A stretch of 62,010 nt of DNA, filler included, from Choristocarpus tenellus KU-1152 (Eukaryota > Protista > Phaeophyceae), in the NCBI GenBank assembly GCA_964200185.2. It is 8 parts of 8 records of this genome, joined end to end, with 100 filler letters (N's around TTAATTAATTAA, not from the genome) between each part and the next. Parts side by side here need not be neighbours in the genome. Positions count along the whole stretch, not along the records: positions 50,152 to 54,458 come from CAXNAD020015189.1; positions 54,559 to 58,600 come from CAXNAD020016519.1; positions 58,701 to 62,010 come from CAXNAD020020886.1; 5 more parts are not named here. One strand, written 5' to 3'. The translations under genes and the position numbers were made by a program. Positions 51,961-62,010 of this stretch are shown in pieces. Each line of letters starts with the position of its first letter. The stretch's first letter is position 1. The notes below the pieces were generated by a model. The model ran no database searches. It worked only from the letters and a program-made list of their open reading frames with translations, and was not told the origin of the DNA.

Positions 51961-52948
51961 TGACGAGTAGGTATCCTTGTATCTGAAAGGGTACTACAAG
52001 ACTTGCATTTTGTTTTATTACTGTTAGAGGGTGGTAGGCAATTTTGATCAAACTTTTTTAGTAGTAAGGGTACTACAGATGAAATTCTGTGTTTGCTGCC
52101 AGTAAGAATGTAGGTCTTCCTGTTACAAGAGGTCTATACAGTACTTGTGTTGACCATGGGTAGTCTTGGTTCTACAAGAGCACATCATCAGCATCACTTC
52201 CTGTTCCAGGAAGGACTTTTGAAATATACTGGAACAATAATTTCTTCCCTTAACTCAAAGCTATATTTTTCATACATAAATTTGCCTGTATGATACAGTG
52301 TTTTCTACCATGATTGGATGATGCATTGAAGATTGTGTGCGTTGTCCCCAAATCATCAACGAAGCCTTCCCACAATATATTACAGGTTTTGTGGGTAGTG
52401 AGTGTCAAGTCAGGAATATACCATTAGGGGAATATATTTTTTATCTTTTTGTTATACTTGCCACGTCATCGATCAAAACCATACTTCCTTTAAAAGGAAT
52501 CAAAAACCTGACATCGAATGCACACACAGATTCCTTCAACAGAAATGTCATTGAGGTATAAACATGTTCAATAAGGAAAGAAGTGCATACGTGGTTATAC
52601 AGTGGAAATACCACACACCCAATCGATGATTTTTGTTTGGAGTTGAGAGTATTAATTATTTATTTTATTTGTGATTCTTTTGTAGTTGGAAGTAAATATA
52701 TTATGAATCATGAAACGATGAATTTCAAGAAGTTCTAACAGCTAGTGCCTGTAAATATTCCAGCTGTTGTTGACGGCTAACATGGCGATAAGTTCCCCAT
52801 GGGTACGTCCAGAAGATTCCTTCAGAACGTCGTGATTGGTCGCGAATTTTACCGCTCTGACCTCCGTCCCTCACCTTACACCCGTACAAACCAAGAAGTC
52901 CAAGAACATCCTCTTTTGACGTGAGAGAGGCATTCAAGCAGCTCATGC

Positions 52949-53634
52949 ATGGGGTACCAGGAGGTGAGGGTGATAGGGAAAGGGTCGCAAGGGGTCGTAA
53001 CTCTTGTCAAGGACGAGCAGAGCCGCAACTTGGTGGTGAAGCGCATGTCACTAAAGCTGCTGGACGACGAAGGGAAGGAGGCGGCGCTACGGGAGTGTCA
53101 ATTGCTGAAGGACTTGTGAGTGACTGCAATCATGTTTCGAAGATATTGCTCAACTTACAGCGTGAATGGGAATCGTTAAAAGGCTTGCAAACGAACAAAA
53201 ACCCGGATCTTCCCATGTCACTCTAAGTCCGGCGATGGGATCCCTTTTCCATGATGTATTCGATGTGTTGTGGCTAGATAAGACACTGTGTTACGTCAAC
53301 ATCCTCTTCAAGCTTGATGATTCATGACCATATGGGTACGGAATACTTTTGTTGCTGCTTGCCGAAATATATGCCAACTGGAAGAAATAGTGGATTACAT
53401 GCAGCGAGATTTTACATTTCCTGGGTAAGAATTCAATATGCGACCCTTACCCTGTCCGTTCCCACCACCCATACTGCTGACAGACACCACATCAATATTG
53501 TGGAGTATATTAACAGCTTCATCGAAGCTGATGAAAACGAAATGCCCACCTTGAACTTGGTCATGCAGTACTGCGCAGGGGGTGACCTTGCTACTCACAT
53601 CAAGGACCAGGCTAAGAGAAGGTCGCACTACGAG
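52949..53634 (+). CDS. NIMA-related (NEK) protein kinase, first two coding exons
   Basis: Exon 52949-53115 MGYQEVRVIGKGSQGVVTLV...LVVKRM...EAALRECQLLKDL joins exon 53484-53634 HHINIVEYINSF...LNLVMQYCAGGDL (subdomains I-V). The first exon is absent from the ORF track. Confidence 0.85.
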
Positions 53635-54286
53635 GTATAGCTTACGAGGTATAGGTTACGGGGTATGGGTTGCGTGGTGAGTTGAGTGGTTCAGCTTCAC
53701 CAATCCTCTATCTCGAGTTCAATCATAAATATGTTGTCTATCAGTTTTCGCTCTTTATCCGTACAGGAGATACTTCGGGCTAGAAGAATGTATCTTTAAC
53801 TTTAGGACTCAGTAGCAGTCTACTTTGTTAGATCGTGACTCGAAGCCCTAGTACTGGACCCAATACATCCTATTATTTCAAACATATCCTACAGACAATA
53901 TCACTTTGTGCATTCATGCTTCTGTAACAAACATAGAGTCATTTCTGTGAAAGAGGTATGAGTATGAAGTCCTGCTCTTCTCATATACCCGTTGTTATTA
54001 TAGTAATACCGCTAAAGTAGTCGCTTCCCCAAACACTATTGGGCTTGCACCAAATGGGTCTACCACCAGCAATCACAGTTTTTTCAATTACCTCTACCTT
54101 GTATCATATACTTGAGGATGGGTTCAAGATCACTGTAGTACAAGCCATCTTTTGACCAAAGTGATACTGAATACTCCTTGTGAGACTGGGAGAGTTCGAA
54201 ACCCAGTGGGCCAACACCCCCTTCAACTAGAGTACCATATCCTAGTAATTTTTGTGCAATGCAATGGAATCGTTTCAGGCAGGTCT

Positions 54287-54458
54287 GAGTGAAAGTATCT
54301 TAGAGGGTACGAGTTTTGCCCTGTTTGTCCATTTGAGGCTTGGGTTCCCGCAGGTTTTTAATGACAATTTTTTACTCCAAAATGGTTCAGAGGAGGTAAA
54401 ATTTATACATTATGAAAAGACCCAAAGTATCTGGGAGAGGGGGGGGGATCTAGACCAG
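54287..54458 (-). mobile_element. MITE family A half copy (54287-54418) interrupted by a nested family B end (54419-54458)
   Basis: GAGTGAAAGTATCTTAGAGGGTA... is followed abruptly by GACCCAAAGTATCTGGG..., which runs to the contig end. Confidence 0.8.
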
Positions 54459-54558
54459 NNNNNNNNNNNNNNNNNNNNNNNNNNNNNNNNNNNNNNNNNN
54501 NNTTAATTAATTAANNNNNNNNNNNNNNNNNNNNNNNNNNNNNNNNNNNNNNNNNNNN
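54459..54558. other. Artificial contig linker
   Basis: N44-TTAATTAATTAA-N44. Confidence 0.98.
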
Positions 54559-55309
54559 CACGTGTCGGATTTGAAATGTCAGCAAAAAAAAGAGTTGATT
54601 GACCGAAACAGACGCCCCCTCACAAACCACCACCACCCCCGCCAGATAATTTGACCCAGTCCCACACACCAACATAGCCCCTGCAACGAACATGTTTGTG
54701 GCGGTGCAGGACACACAATCGGGTCCCCACGTCATGCCCCTTCAGGCTATCATCATCCCGGACTTCATAGACATTCATCACAGCCACCTGGACAACACAT
54801 TCACAATCCTGCCCCCTCATCTGAGGTCGTAAATGACAGAAGACGAGATCGAGGAGGGTGTCGACTAACTTCAGGAGAAGAACAAGAGGGACAGTGTCAA
54901 GGCTGCAGCCCAGTGTGTTAGATGATGCCGCCGGTCGATGGTTGGCCGCCAGTGGAAGCGTAGGGACATGGAGAAGGATATGGAGAAATATTTACCCCTC
55001 GAACCGACACTGAGGGCTGTGCCGGATTTAGATGAGGGAGAAACACTCCATGCCAGCCCCAACAGGCAGGGGACTATACTTCAGATGGGACAATCAGTGG
55101 ATGCGAGGGACTGTGACCAAGTACCAGTCCCACTACACGGTGAAAGTTGGAGATGAGTGAGTCAGCTACCCCTACGAGGTTAAATTGGAGAATGGCAGCT
55201 TGCGAAATATCCAACTTCTAGTCAAACGATATAGTATATAGACCAAGACGCTCCGACACGGGGCTGGTTCTGGACAAGTCTCACTCTGCCGCCATACTAC
55301 TGACGAGAT

Positions 55310-55372
55310 TCACTTCGGGACCGAAACGGACGCCCCCTCACTCACCACCACCACCTCTAGATACTTTGGCCC
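55310..55372. mobile_element. Related TIR end (putative MITE family C); second copy at about 54600-54657
   Basis: gaccgaaac(g/a)gacgccccctcac...ccaccaccac...agata(c/a)tttg(g/a)ccc occurs twice and ends in the same AGATACTTT core as families A and B. Confidence 0.55.
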
Positions 55373-56689
55373 GAAAGCAGGAAGAGAGCGGCGAGTGCAT
55401 CGCCAGGTGGTACAGTGAGCCAAATCTGTGGGGAAGCCTGGTCACGGCGGGCGAAGGGAGAACCAGGTTGGCTGGACAAAGGGAAGGTTGGGGAGGAGAG
55501 CAGTGTGACTGCGTGCCATTGCGCTCAGGAAACGCCTAAGCGAAAACTCGGGTGTAGAATATCTTAGTAGTCGCCAAAAAAGACCATAAAACGTCGCTTG
55601 AGATGGCAGTAGGATACGCGATGGTCACAGCGAAAACAGTAGTGGGTAAATGGGAGAAAGACTTACTAAGAGCCACATCAACGTGTCGGAGCAAGGGCCC
55701 TACAAGAGGCATTTGGTTCTGGGCCTCGATGAGGACATCCTTGCCAAGGTTAAAGAGTGGGAGTGCGAACACACAGGGGAAAAGGGTGGGGAGGCTTTTT
55801 TCCCGCCTAAACCCTCAGCTTTAATCAAGTAATAGGGTATTTGTTGCCACTCTTGGTGATCTACAATAATCCAGGTTTCGAACCCCAATATGAGCGCTCT
55901 TTCTTCAAAAAAAGAAACAATGGCGAAAAATATGAAGTCCGTACTCTGGAGGACATTCTGACAGGCATTACAAATATACTTTTAGTTTTTAAATCCGATG
56001 TCTACATCAAACGTTATGACGGGACAACCCCAGAGATATAACCTATTGGTACCACTATAGGAGGAGAATGCCTACAACACCTACACTACCACATAGACAA
56101 ACTCCCCCCTACCCACCTGATGAGACCAAAGTGGCATTTGTGCTTGGAAGAACAGCAGCAATCCATCTCGCTCAAGAGGGGGCTGGAGGTGTCAATTTCG
56201 CACAGAATGGGGATGGAAAAATCAACCTCGCCCAGGAGGGGGCTAGAGGAGTTGACTTCGCACTGGATGAGGCTGAAGGTATCGACCTAACCCACGCTGG
56301 GGCGAGAGATGTCGATCTCGCCCGAAAGGGAAGTGGTGGGGATATCGATCAAGAAGGATTGATGATTGAGGCTACTTCATCAGTGGAGGGTGTTGTAGTG
56401 ATGAGTATGCTTCCCCCTGAAGGGGTTGAAGTGAATGTCATTGTCCATCGTCCCAGGGGGCGCTGTTGAGGGGGAGGAGCTCGCCTCAAGTATAGACACT
56501 GGTGATACACAACTCGCATCAATATCAGGCAATTAATGGACCTGAGGAGCTCGCCCAACGTGAGGCTGGAGCTTTTATCACAGCCCCGTGGGGCCCAAGT
56601 GGTGAGATGCGACCTACTACTTAAAGTGGATATCAACCAGATGCAATTGCAACTCGGTTACTGCCATGAAGGGATGGTACGCAGGGTAT

Positions 56690-57075
56690 GCCAAGGATTG
56701 TAGGATTTACTTAACTGGGGAGTGGCAACAATATTCCAAGGGGTGCACTATTGGCAGGGCTCATCGGAAACCTGTACCTAAGGTAACAGATAGTAAGTCT
56801 GACCGATTGTTGGGACGGGTGTTCATAGATTTGAGCAGACTGAAGCCAAGGGCAAGGAGCCCGGGTGGATACCTTTAAGAGATAATGATGGTATGTGACA
56901 AGACAGGAATAAAATGGATTCGATTCCTGCGAGCGAAGAATGAAACTGCAATGGGCTTTTGGGCTTTCTTTCGAGATGTGGAAGGTGTAGCAAATTTGCG
57001 CATTGGATATGTGTGAGGACTGATGAGGGCACAGAGTTCAAGAATGGGGACTTCGAGGGGGTGTTTTGGATCAAC
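56690..57075 (+). mobile_element. Ty1/Copia pre-integrase and integrase fragment (decayed)
   Basis: KGCTIGRAHRKPVP...LGRVFIDLS, KWIRFLRAKNET and RTDEGTEFKN, with frameshifts and stops. Confidence 0.8.
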
Positions 57076-58600
57076 ACAAGATTCGCTTGTCCATCCTTCT
57101 GCGAGAATAGTGCCCCTTAGTTCATGATACCATTCCATGGCTGACTGCTTCAGCCCATAGATTGCTTTCTCAGCCTTGATGATGCGGCCGTCTGGAAGCT
57201 CCAACCAGATGTTCTCCTGCAGATCTTATATTGTTCCACTGACCCGTCTGCTGAGCGCTTGATCTTGAAAACAAATCTTGTCTCAATTGCTTCCTCTCTT
57301 GGGGCAGGGCCTTGTCACTAAAAGCCCCCTTTCTGTTATAAACCTGTCATTTCCTTTTTTTATTGCTTCTTGCCACTGTTCTGCATCTGGCCCACTTAAG
57401 GCTGTTTTCGTTGTAGTTGGTTCGTCTGTCATGTCGTTATTGAGCTCAGACTCCCCCAGGCCTGAAGCCTATCACAATTGAATGTCTTGTACATCCTCTG
57501 TTTTTCTTTTCTGGCTCCAACTTTGGTCCAGTTAATTCCTCCGCCTCTTTAGACGGTGTCGCTCTCCTCTGGCGACAAATGATCTGAAGGTCTCATTTAC
57601 CTCCACAGTTGTAGCATATTCCTTCAAAAGAACCAAGGACCAATATGCTTCAACTTCCTTTAATGTCCTGCTCCCCTAGTGGCAGGTACAGCAAGTGCCT
57701 TTCTCATTCCATAAGCAAGAATCTTGGGGTCTTTAACCAATGGGCATGCCCCCCTTCAGGGACAAGTTCTGTGACGAATGCTCCTCCTCCTAGACTTCCA
57801 GTTCTTACTCGTTATTAATTGTACCATATCCCATGTCGATGATGATACTATTGCCCGTTTCAGCTTTCTTGTAGCTTATATATTGGGTCTTGTGATGAGC
57901 TGCACGGGGATCTCGTGCTCCGCGCGCCCTTTGTCGAGCTGCATGGGGATCTCGTCCTCCACACGGACACATCCTGCGGCATGCTGTCCCTGATGCCTAT
58001 GATCGGAGCTCCTTTCTTGGCATGATCTTGGCTGCCTCCAGCTGCTTGTACTCTTGTCCAGATATGATCAAGACGAATGACGAAATCTGCAGTGTCCTCA
58101 ACTGATGAGCAGTGCATATTTCGCAGTGTCATCTCTAGAGCTATGAGCTGCATGGGCCGCTGAACAGTAGCGCGCCCTCTATAAATTTGCTCCAATTCGA
58201 GCCAGGCAGCCCTCCCATCGGGGCTGCTGTTATTTTCATGAGAGCTGACCACCATCCCTGCTGCCCCCTTTGTGGCCTGTCCCAGCGGGAACCACAAGGC
58301 CACGCGATGCCCTCCATAAATTTGCTCCAATTCGAGCCAGACAGCCCTCCATCGGGGCTGCTGTTATTCTCATGAGAGCTGACCACCATTGCTGCAGCCC
58401 CCTTTGTGGCCTGTCCCAGCAGGAACCACAAGACTTCACGATGATTGGTGCACTCCTCGTACGCGCTGCGTCCCTCGAACGATGTATCAGCTGTGGGAGG
58501 TGCAGGAATGTGGTATGCTGGTTCTAGGATGCAGTACAGACTCTTGCCGCCCGCATGGCTCACCAGCGCCATCCGCCCTTCTGCCCACTTCTCCCTTGTA
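57076..58600 (-). mobile_element. Internally deleted Ty1/Copia relic: gag followed by an RT fragment
   Basis: Gag-like LWFLLGQATKGAAAMVV...DGRAAWLELEQIY, with a ~120-bp tandem duplication at about 58185-58430. RT fragment DLQENIWLELPDG...KAIYGLKQSAMEWYHEL at 57080-57226. Confidence 0.8.
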
Positions 58601-58700
58601 NNNNNNNNNNNNNNNNNNNNNNNNNNNNNNNNNNNNNNNNNNNNTTAATTAATTAANNNNNNNNNNNNNNNNNNNNNNNNNNNNNNNNNNNNNNNNNNNN
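58601..58700. other. Artificial contig linker
   Basis: N44-TTAATTAATTAA-N44. Confidence 0.98.
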
Positions 58701-58734
58701 ATGGCATACCAGGTACCCAAAGTATTCCCCTTGA

Positions 58735-58960
58735 CCTCCAGTTCTTGCTCGTTATCGATCATACCATATCCCATATCTCCTTAGCCTCCAACTTCCATTT
58801 TTGTCGAGATGTAGGTCCAATTTATTGGGATGACAATGATGAGACTATTGCCCATTTCAGCTTCCTGTAGCTTATATTGGGTCTTGTGATGAGCTGCACA
58901 GGGATCTCGTTCTCCACCCGTCCTCCGTTGAGCTGCACGGGATCTAGTCCTCCGCGCACC
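58735..58960 (-). mobile_element. Second copy of the Copia gag-region fragment
   Basis: Shares ccagttctt-ctcgtt, ctattgccc-tttcagctt...gtagctta and tattgggtcttgtgatgagctgcac with 57795-57960. Confidence 0.7.
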
Positions 58961-60020
58961 CTTCATTGATTCCTCTTTCGTAGTTCCAGTGCGATGTTCG
59001 TTCCTGTTCCGTTAGTAGTGTCTCCGTGAGTTCAGGACAATGTATTTTCGCCGCAGAATGTCTTACAGACCCTTTCGCTGGCATAAACCATCAGAGATAA
59101 TCTCCATGTTGCCCAAGTCTCCACTGGTCGTGCTGGTGCTCCAGTCCAGTTGGGCAACTTCTTCGTGTCGTTCAGGCCCATCACCTCCTCCTTTCTCCAT
59201 ACTACTAAGGCTCATAACCTTTGCAGTTTACCTTGGGAGGTAATGCTATTTATCAGTAGCGAAGACAAGAAGGTGTGAAGCCTCACACGGTTCCCCATTG
59301 CCGAACTTGATTACAAGGTTGAAATAGGAAGAGTGACCTTTGTGGGATGTCTTCTCATTGCTTGATTACTATTATTTGTGCCTCATACATAAGTCCATGG
59401 TTACGCCAAAGTAGTTGAATGCAGAAGAATAAAAACCCATACATGTTCCCATTCATAATGCGGATGTACTATCTCATTAGTTACATCACATGGACTCAAT
59501 TCAACACAATAATCTCACATGCACAAAATAAGGTACACCTCACTATTGTCCTATTTTGCACAGTTACACTATGACACACACCTGCCTTTAAACATGTTAA
59601 TCACAGCACAACCAAACAAACCTTCACATCGAACACTGACAGAATACCACATGTCATCAGACCTACCAGATCAAATTCATAAATGCTTTGTTGCGCTATG
59701 ATCTCCTTCATCACAACAACAAACAACTCATACGAAATCAGGTTTAAACATCATACACATACACAAGTCTTGGGAACATCAATTTCTATAACATGCTAGC
59801 TAGCATTACTTATTGAATTGTGTTAAGTTCTCAAGGCTAGCGTAAATCGATTTGAGGGGGAGCCCCTATGGAGGTGGCCGTCAGTTACGGCAGACGTACT
59901 TCGAGAAGAGTGGAGTATGGCGACATGACACCTGTGACACCAGATGAAGATGGAGAGGCAGTTAGCAAAACCGCGCAACAGGGGACATCGGCTGGATGGA
60001 AATTGCGACGACTGATACCA

Positions 60021-60278
60021 GAGTTAAAGTATCTTAGAGGGTAGAGTCGCATTCGTTTAGGGGCAAAAATGCAACATTGCGATTTTGATGTAATTTTGGC
60101 TATCGTGGTTGTTACGAAGTGTCAATATCTTTGTTCCGTACGCACCTCCCATAACATACGCATCTGATCTAATCCAAAACATTTCGGAGTAAGAAAATGT
60201 CATAAAAAACCCCGAGAGAAGCCAAGCCCCAAATGGACAAACAGGGAAAACCTTGTACCTTCTAGGATACTTTCACTC
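60021..60278 (+). mobile_element. MITE family A, full copy
   Basis: GAGTTAAAGTATCTTAGAGGGTA...TACCTTCTAGGATACTTTCACTC. Perfect TSD ACCA at 60017-60020 and 60279-60282. Confidence 0.9.
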
Positions 60279-60371
60279 ACCACTGCCGTCAAAGTTTAAG
60301 GTTTATAGTGGCGATGATAATGAGAGGTGGAACTACTGTTTTTCAGAAGGATCAACAGTCAAGACGGCGGA

Positions 60372-60546
60372 GGTTCAAAGTATCTGGGGGGGGGTGGCGG
60401 CTGTCCATTTGGGTCGATTTTTTCATGTCGCGAATTTTGTGTGATTTGGTTGCATACATCGGATGGATAATGTAAATGCACTTTTCCTGGTTATGACCCA
60501 AATAGACACCCTGGTGTAGACCCCCCCCCCTCAGATACTTTGGGTC
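60372..60546 (-). mobile_element. MITE family B, full copy
   Basis: GGTTCAAAGTATCTGGG...TCAGATACTTTGGGTC. Flanks CGGA/TGGA are a TSD with one mismatch. Confidence 0.85.
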
Positions 60547-60869
60547 TGGAGTGCTGGCTGTATGGAGGACCACACTTTCAATCCTCCTGTCCAACTGCTG
60601 TTTCTTCTCGTTCTGGATCCTATACAGGATCTTGCTATGTTTGTGGAGCAAAATAATACAAGGCTTACTGTTGTCTCAAACGCGCTGGAGATATGGGAGA
60701 ATCCGGTCAAGGATCGTCTGTACCAACTCCCCGAAGAAAGAGGAATAATGGAAAAGGGAAGGGGAGAGGCGATGCAAGTAACACTGGTGAACCTGGTGAT
60801 GGTGAACACAAAGCAAATGGTACACCAGTTCAGCTTGGGGGATTCTCATCGGTAAGCAATGATGGAATT

Positions 60870-61934
60870 TTTGTGGAAGTGGATGAGCTTTGGTTCTGTG
60901 ACAATGGGTGTTTTGTTCATACGACAAATAACCCTACTGCTCTGATAGATTCAAAACCAGTGGTAGGGACATAGGTGACTGTTGGGTATGGAAAGGTTCT
61001 ACAAGTTTCAGCCATAGGTAATTTGTCACTATCTTGTGTACAGAACGTGCCGTACGGTAAGAGTGGAGACTGGCTGGTCTACTTGTAGGTGGGAAAGATA
61101 GACTCCTCTCACCAGAACCCAAGACTACACGAACAAAGATGGTTTTCGACAGAGGCAGATGGGTAGCAAAGGGAGAGTGCAGAAGTCCAAGGCGGCGCTA
61201 GGACTACTAGAAGGGGAACGTTTGCTGGAACAGGGAAACTGGGACACTTGTGGTGGACCAGAATTTGCAGTTAGAGAATTGTCATTTTGTGTGGAGAATT
61301 CATTTTGGTCTGATTGTTTGAATGCTTAGAGCGTTATTGGATACCTGTTGGTACTAAAGACCAAGGAATTACCTTTTGGAGATTTGGAATTTTATTGGAA
61401 TGAACCAAGTGGTCAACTAATTAGCTATACAATTGCTGATTATGCAAACTACAAGGATAGTAGATTGTCCATTTCTGGTCGTGTTGTGGTGTTTGGGGGA
61501 GGATGTGTTGACTGGTGGTCCAGGAAGCAGAAAACGGTTACATTGTCTACTGCTGAGGCTAAGTATGTTACATTGTGTGAGTTAGGGAAAGAGGTTATGT
61601 TCCTCAAGCAAGTGCACATGAGTGAAAGTATTTTAGAGGGTAGGAATTTTGCCCTGTTTGTCGATTTGGGGCTTGGATTCCCATGGGTTTCTTATGACAT
61701 TTTACCTACTCCGAAATGTTTTGGAGTAGGTAATATGTATGTTTTTAAAAGGTGTGTCTGGAACAAGGACATTGACACTTCCCAACAAACACGATGACCA
61801 AATTTACACCCAACTATCAACATTGGATTTTGGTCACCAAACGGACACGGCTACCCTCTAAGATACTTTAACTCACATGTTCATGCAACCACTTTGTCAG
61901 GATTACTCTATATCGATGTTCGAAGATAACAATT
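60870..61934 (+). mobile_element. Decayed Ty1/Copia pol relic (protease-like, RT C-terminus, RNase H), interrupted by MITEs
   Basis: LWFCDNGCFVHTT, FAVRELS and YTIADYA...RLSISGRVVVFGGGCVDWWSRKQKTVTLSTAEAKYV, then after the MITE FMQP...MFEDN. Confidence 0.85.
61620..61874 (-). mobile_element. MITE family A, full copy inserted in Copia RNase H
   Basis: GAGTGAAAGTATTTTAGAGGGTA...TACCCTCTAAGATACTTTAACTC. TSD ACAT at 61616-61619 and 61875-61878. Removing the element plus one TSD restores the frame QVH-M-FMQP. Confidence 0.92.
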
Positions 61935-62010
61935 GAGCCAAAGTATCTTAGAGGGTAGAGCCGCGTCCATTTGGGGATCAAAATTAAATGGTGCGATTTC
62001 GATGTAAATT
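61935..62010 (+). mobile_element. MITE family A, left end (runs off window)
   Basis: GAGCCAAAGTATCTTAGAGGGTAGAGCCGCGTCCATTTGGGG matches the copy at 16496. Confidence 0.85.

Noticed and set aside
53670-54215. tRNA or SINE-like A/B-box motifs (gagttcaatc near 53715; gttcgaaac near 54194)
   Set aside because: I could not fold a cloverleaf and saw no second copy in the window.

Overview
Eukaryotic, intron-rich nuclear DNA. It is not one locus: eight contigs are joined by artificial 100-nt linkers (44 N + TTAATTAATTAA + 44 N), giving segments 1-9833, 9934-34808, 34909-38694, 38795-42515, 42616-50051, 50152-54458, 54559-58600 and 58701-62010. Gene style, TTAGGG telomere repeat and the LINE/DIRS/Copia relics suggest a stramenopile, most likely a brown alga (inference, unverified). 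By manual splice reconstruction I find eight genes: a subtilisin-like protease, a JmjC oxygenase, a PPM1G-like PP2C, an MTRR-like diflavin reductase with a duplicated flavodoxin domain, a PPEF/PP5-like phosphatase, a voltage-gated cation channel, TAF5 and a NEK kinase. There is also a probable pseudogene, decayed retroelements, and two to three related MITE families with 4-bp TSDs. The most unusual signal is dozens of 2-5-unit telomeric (TTAGGG/CCCTAA) patches in introns. Several sit between short direct repeats, like break-repair or telomerase scars. Their orientation is biased with transcription, one forms a 5' splice site itself, and several lie at branch-point positions. Counts are manual and approximate, and no database searches were run.
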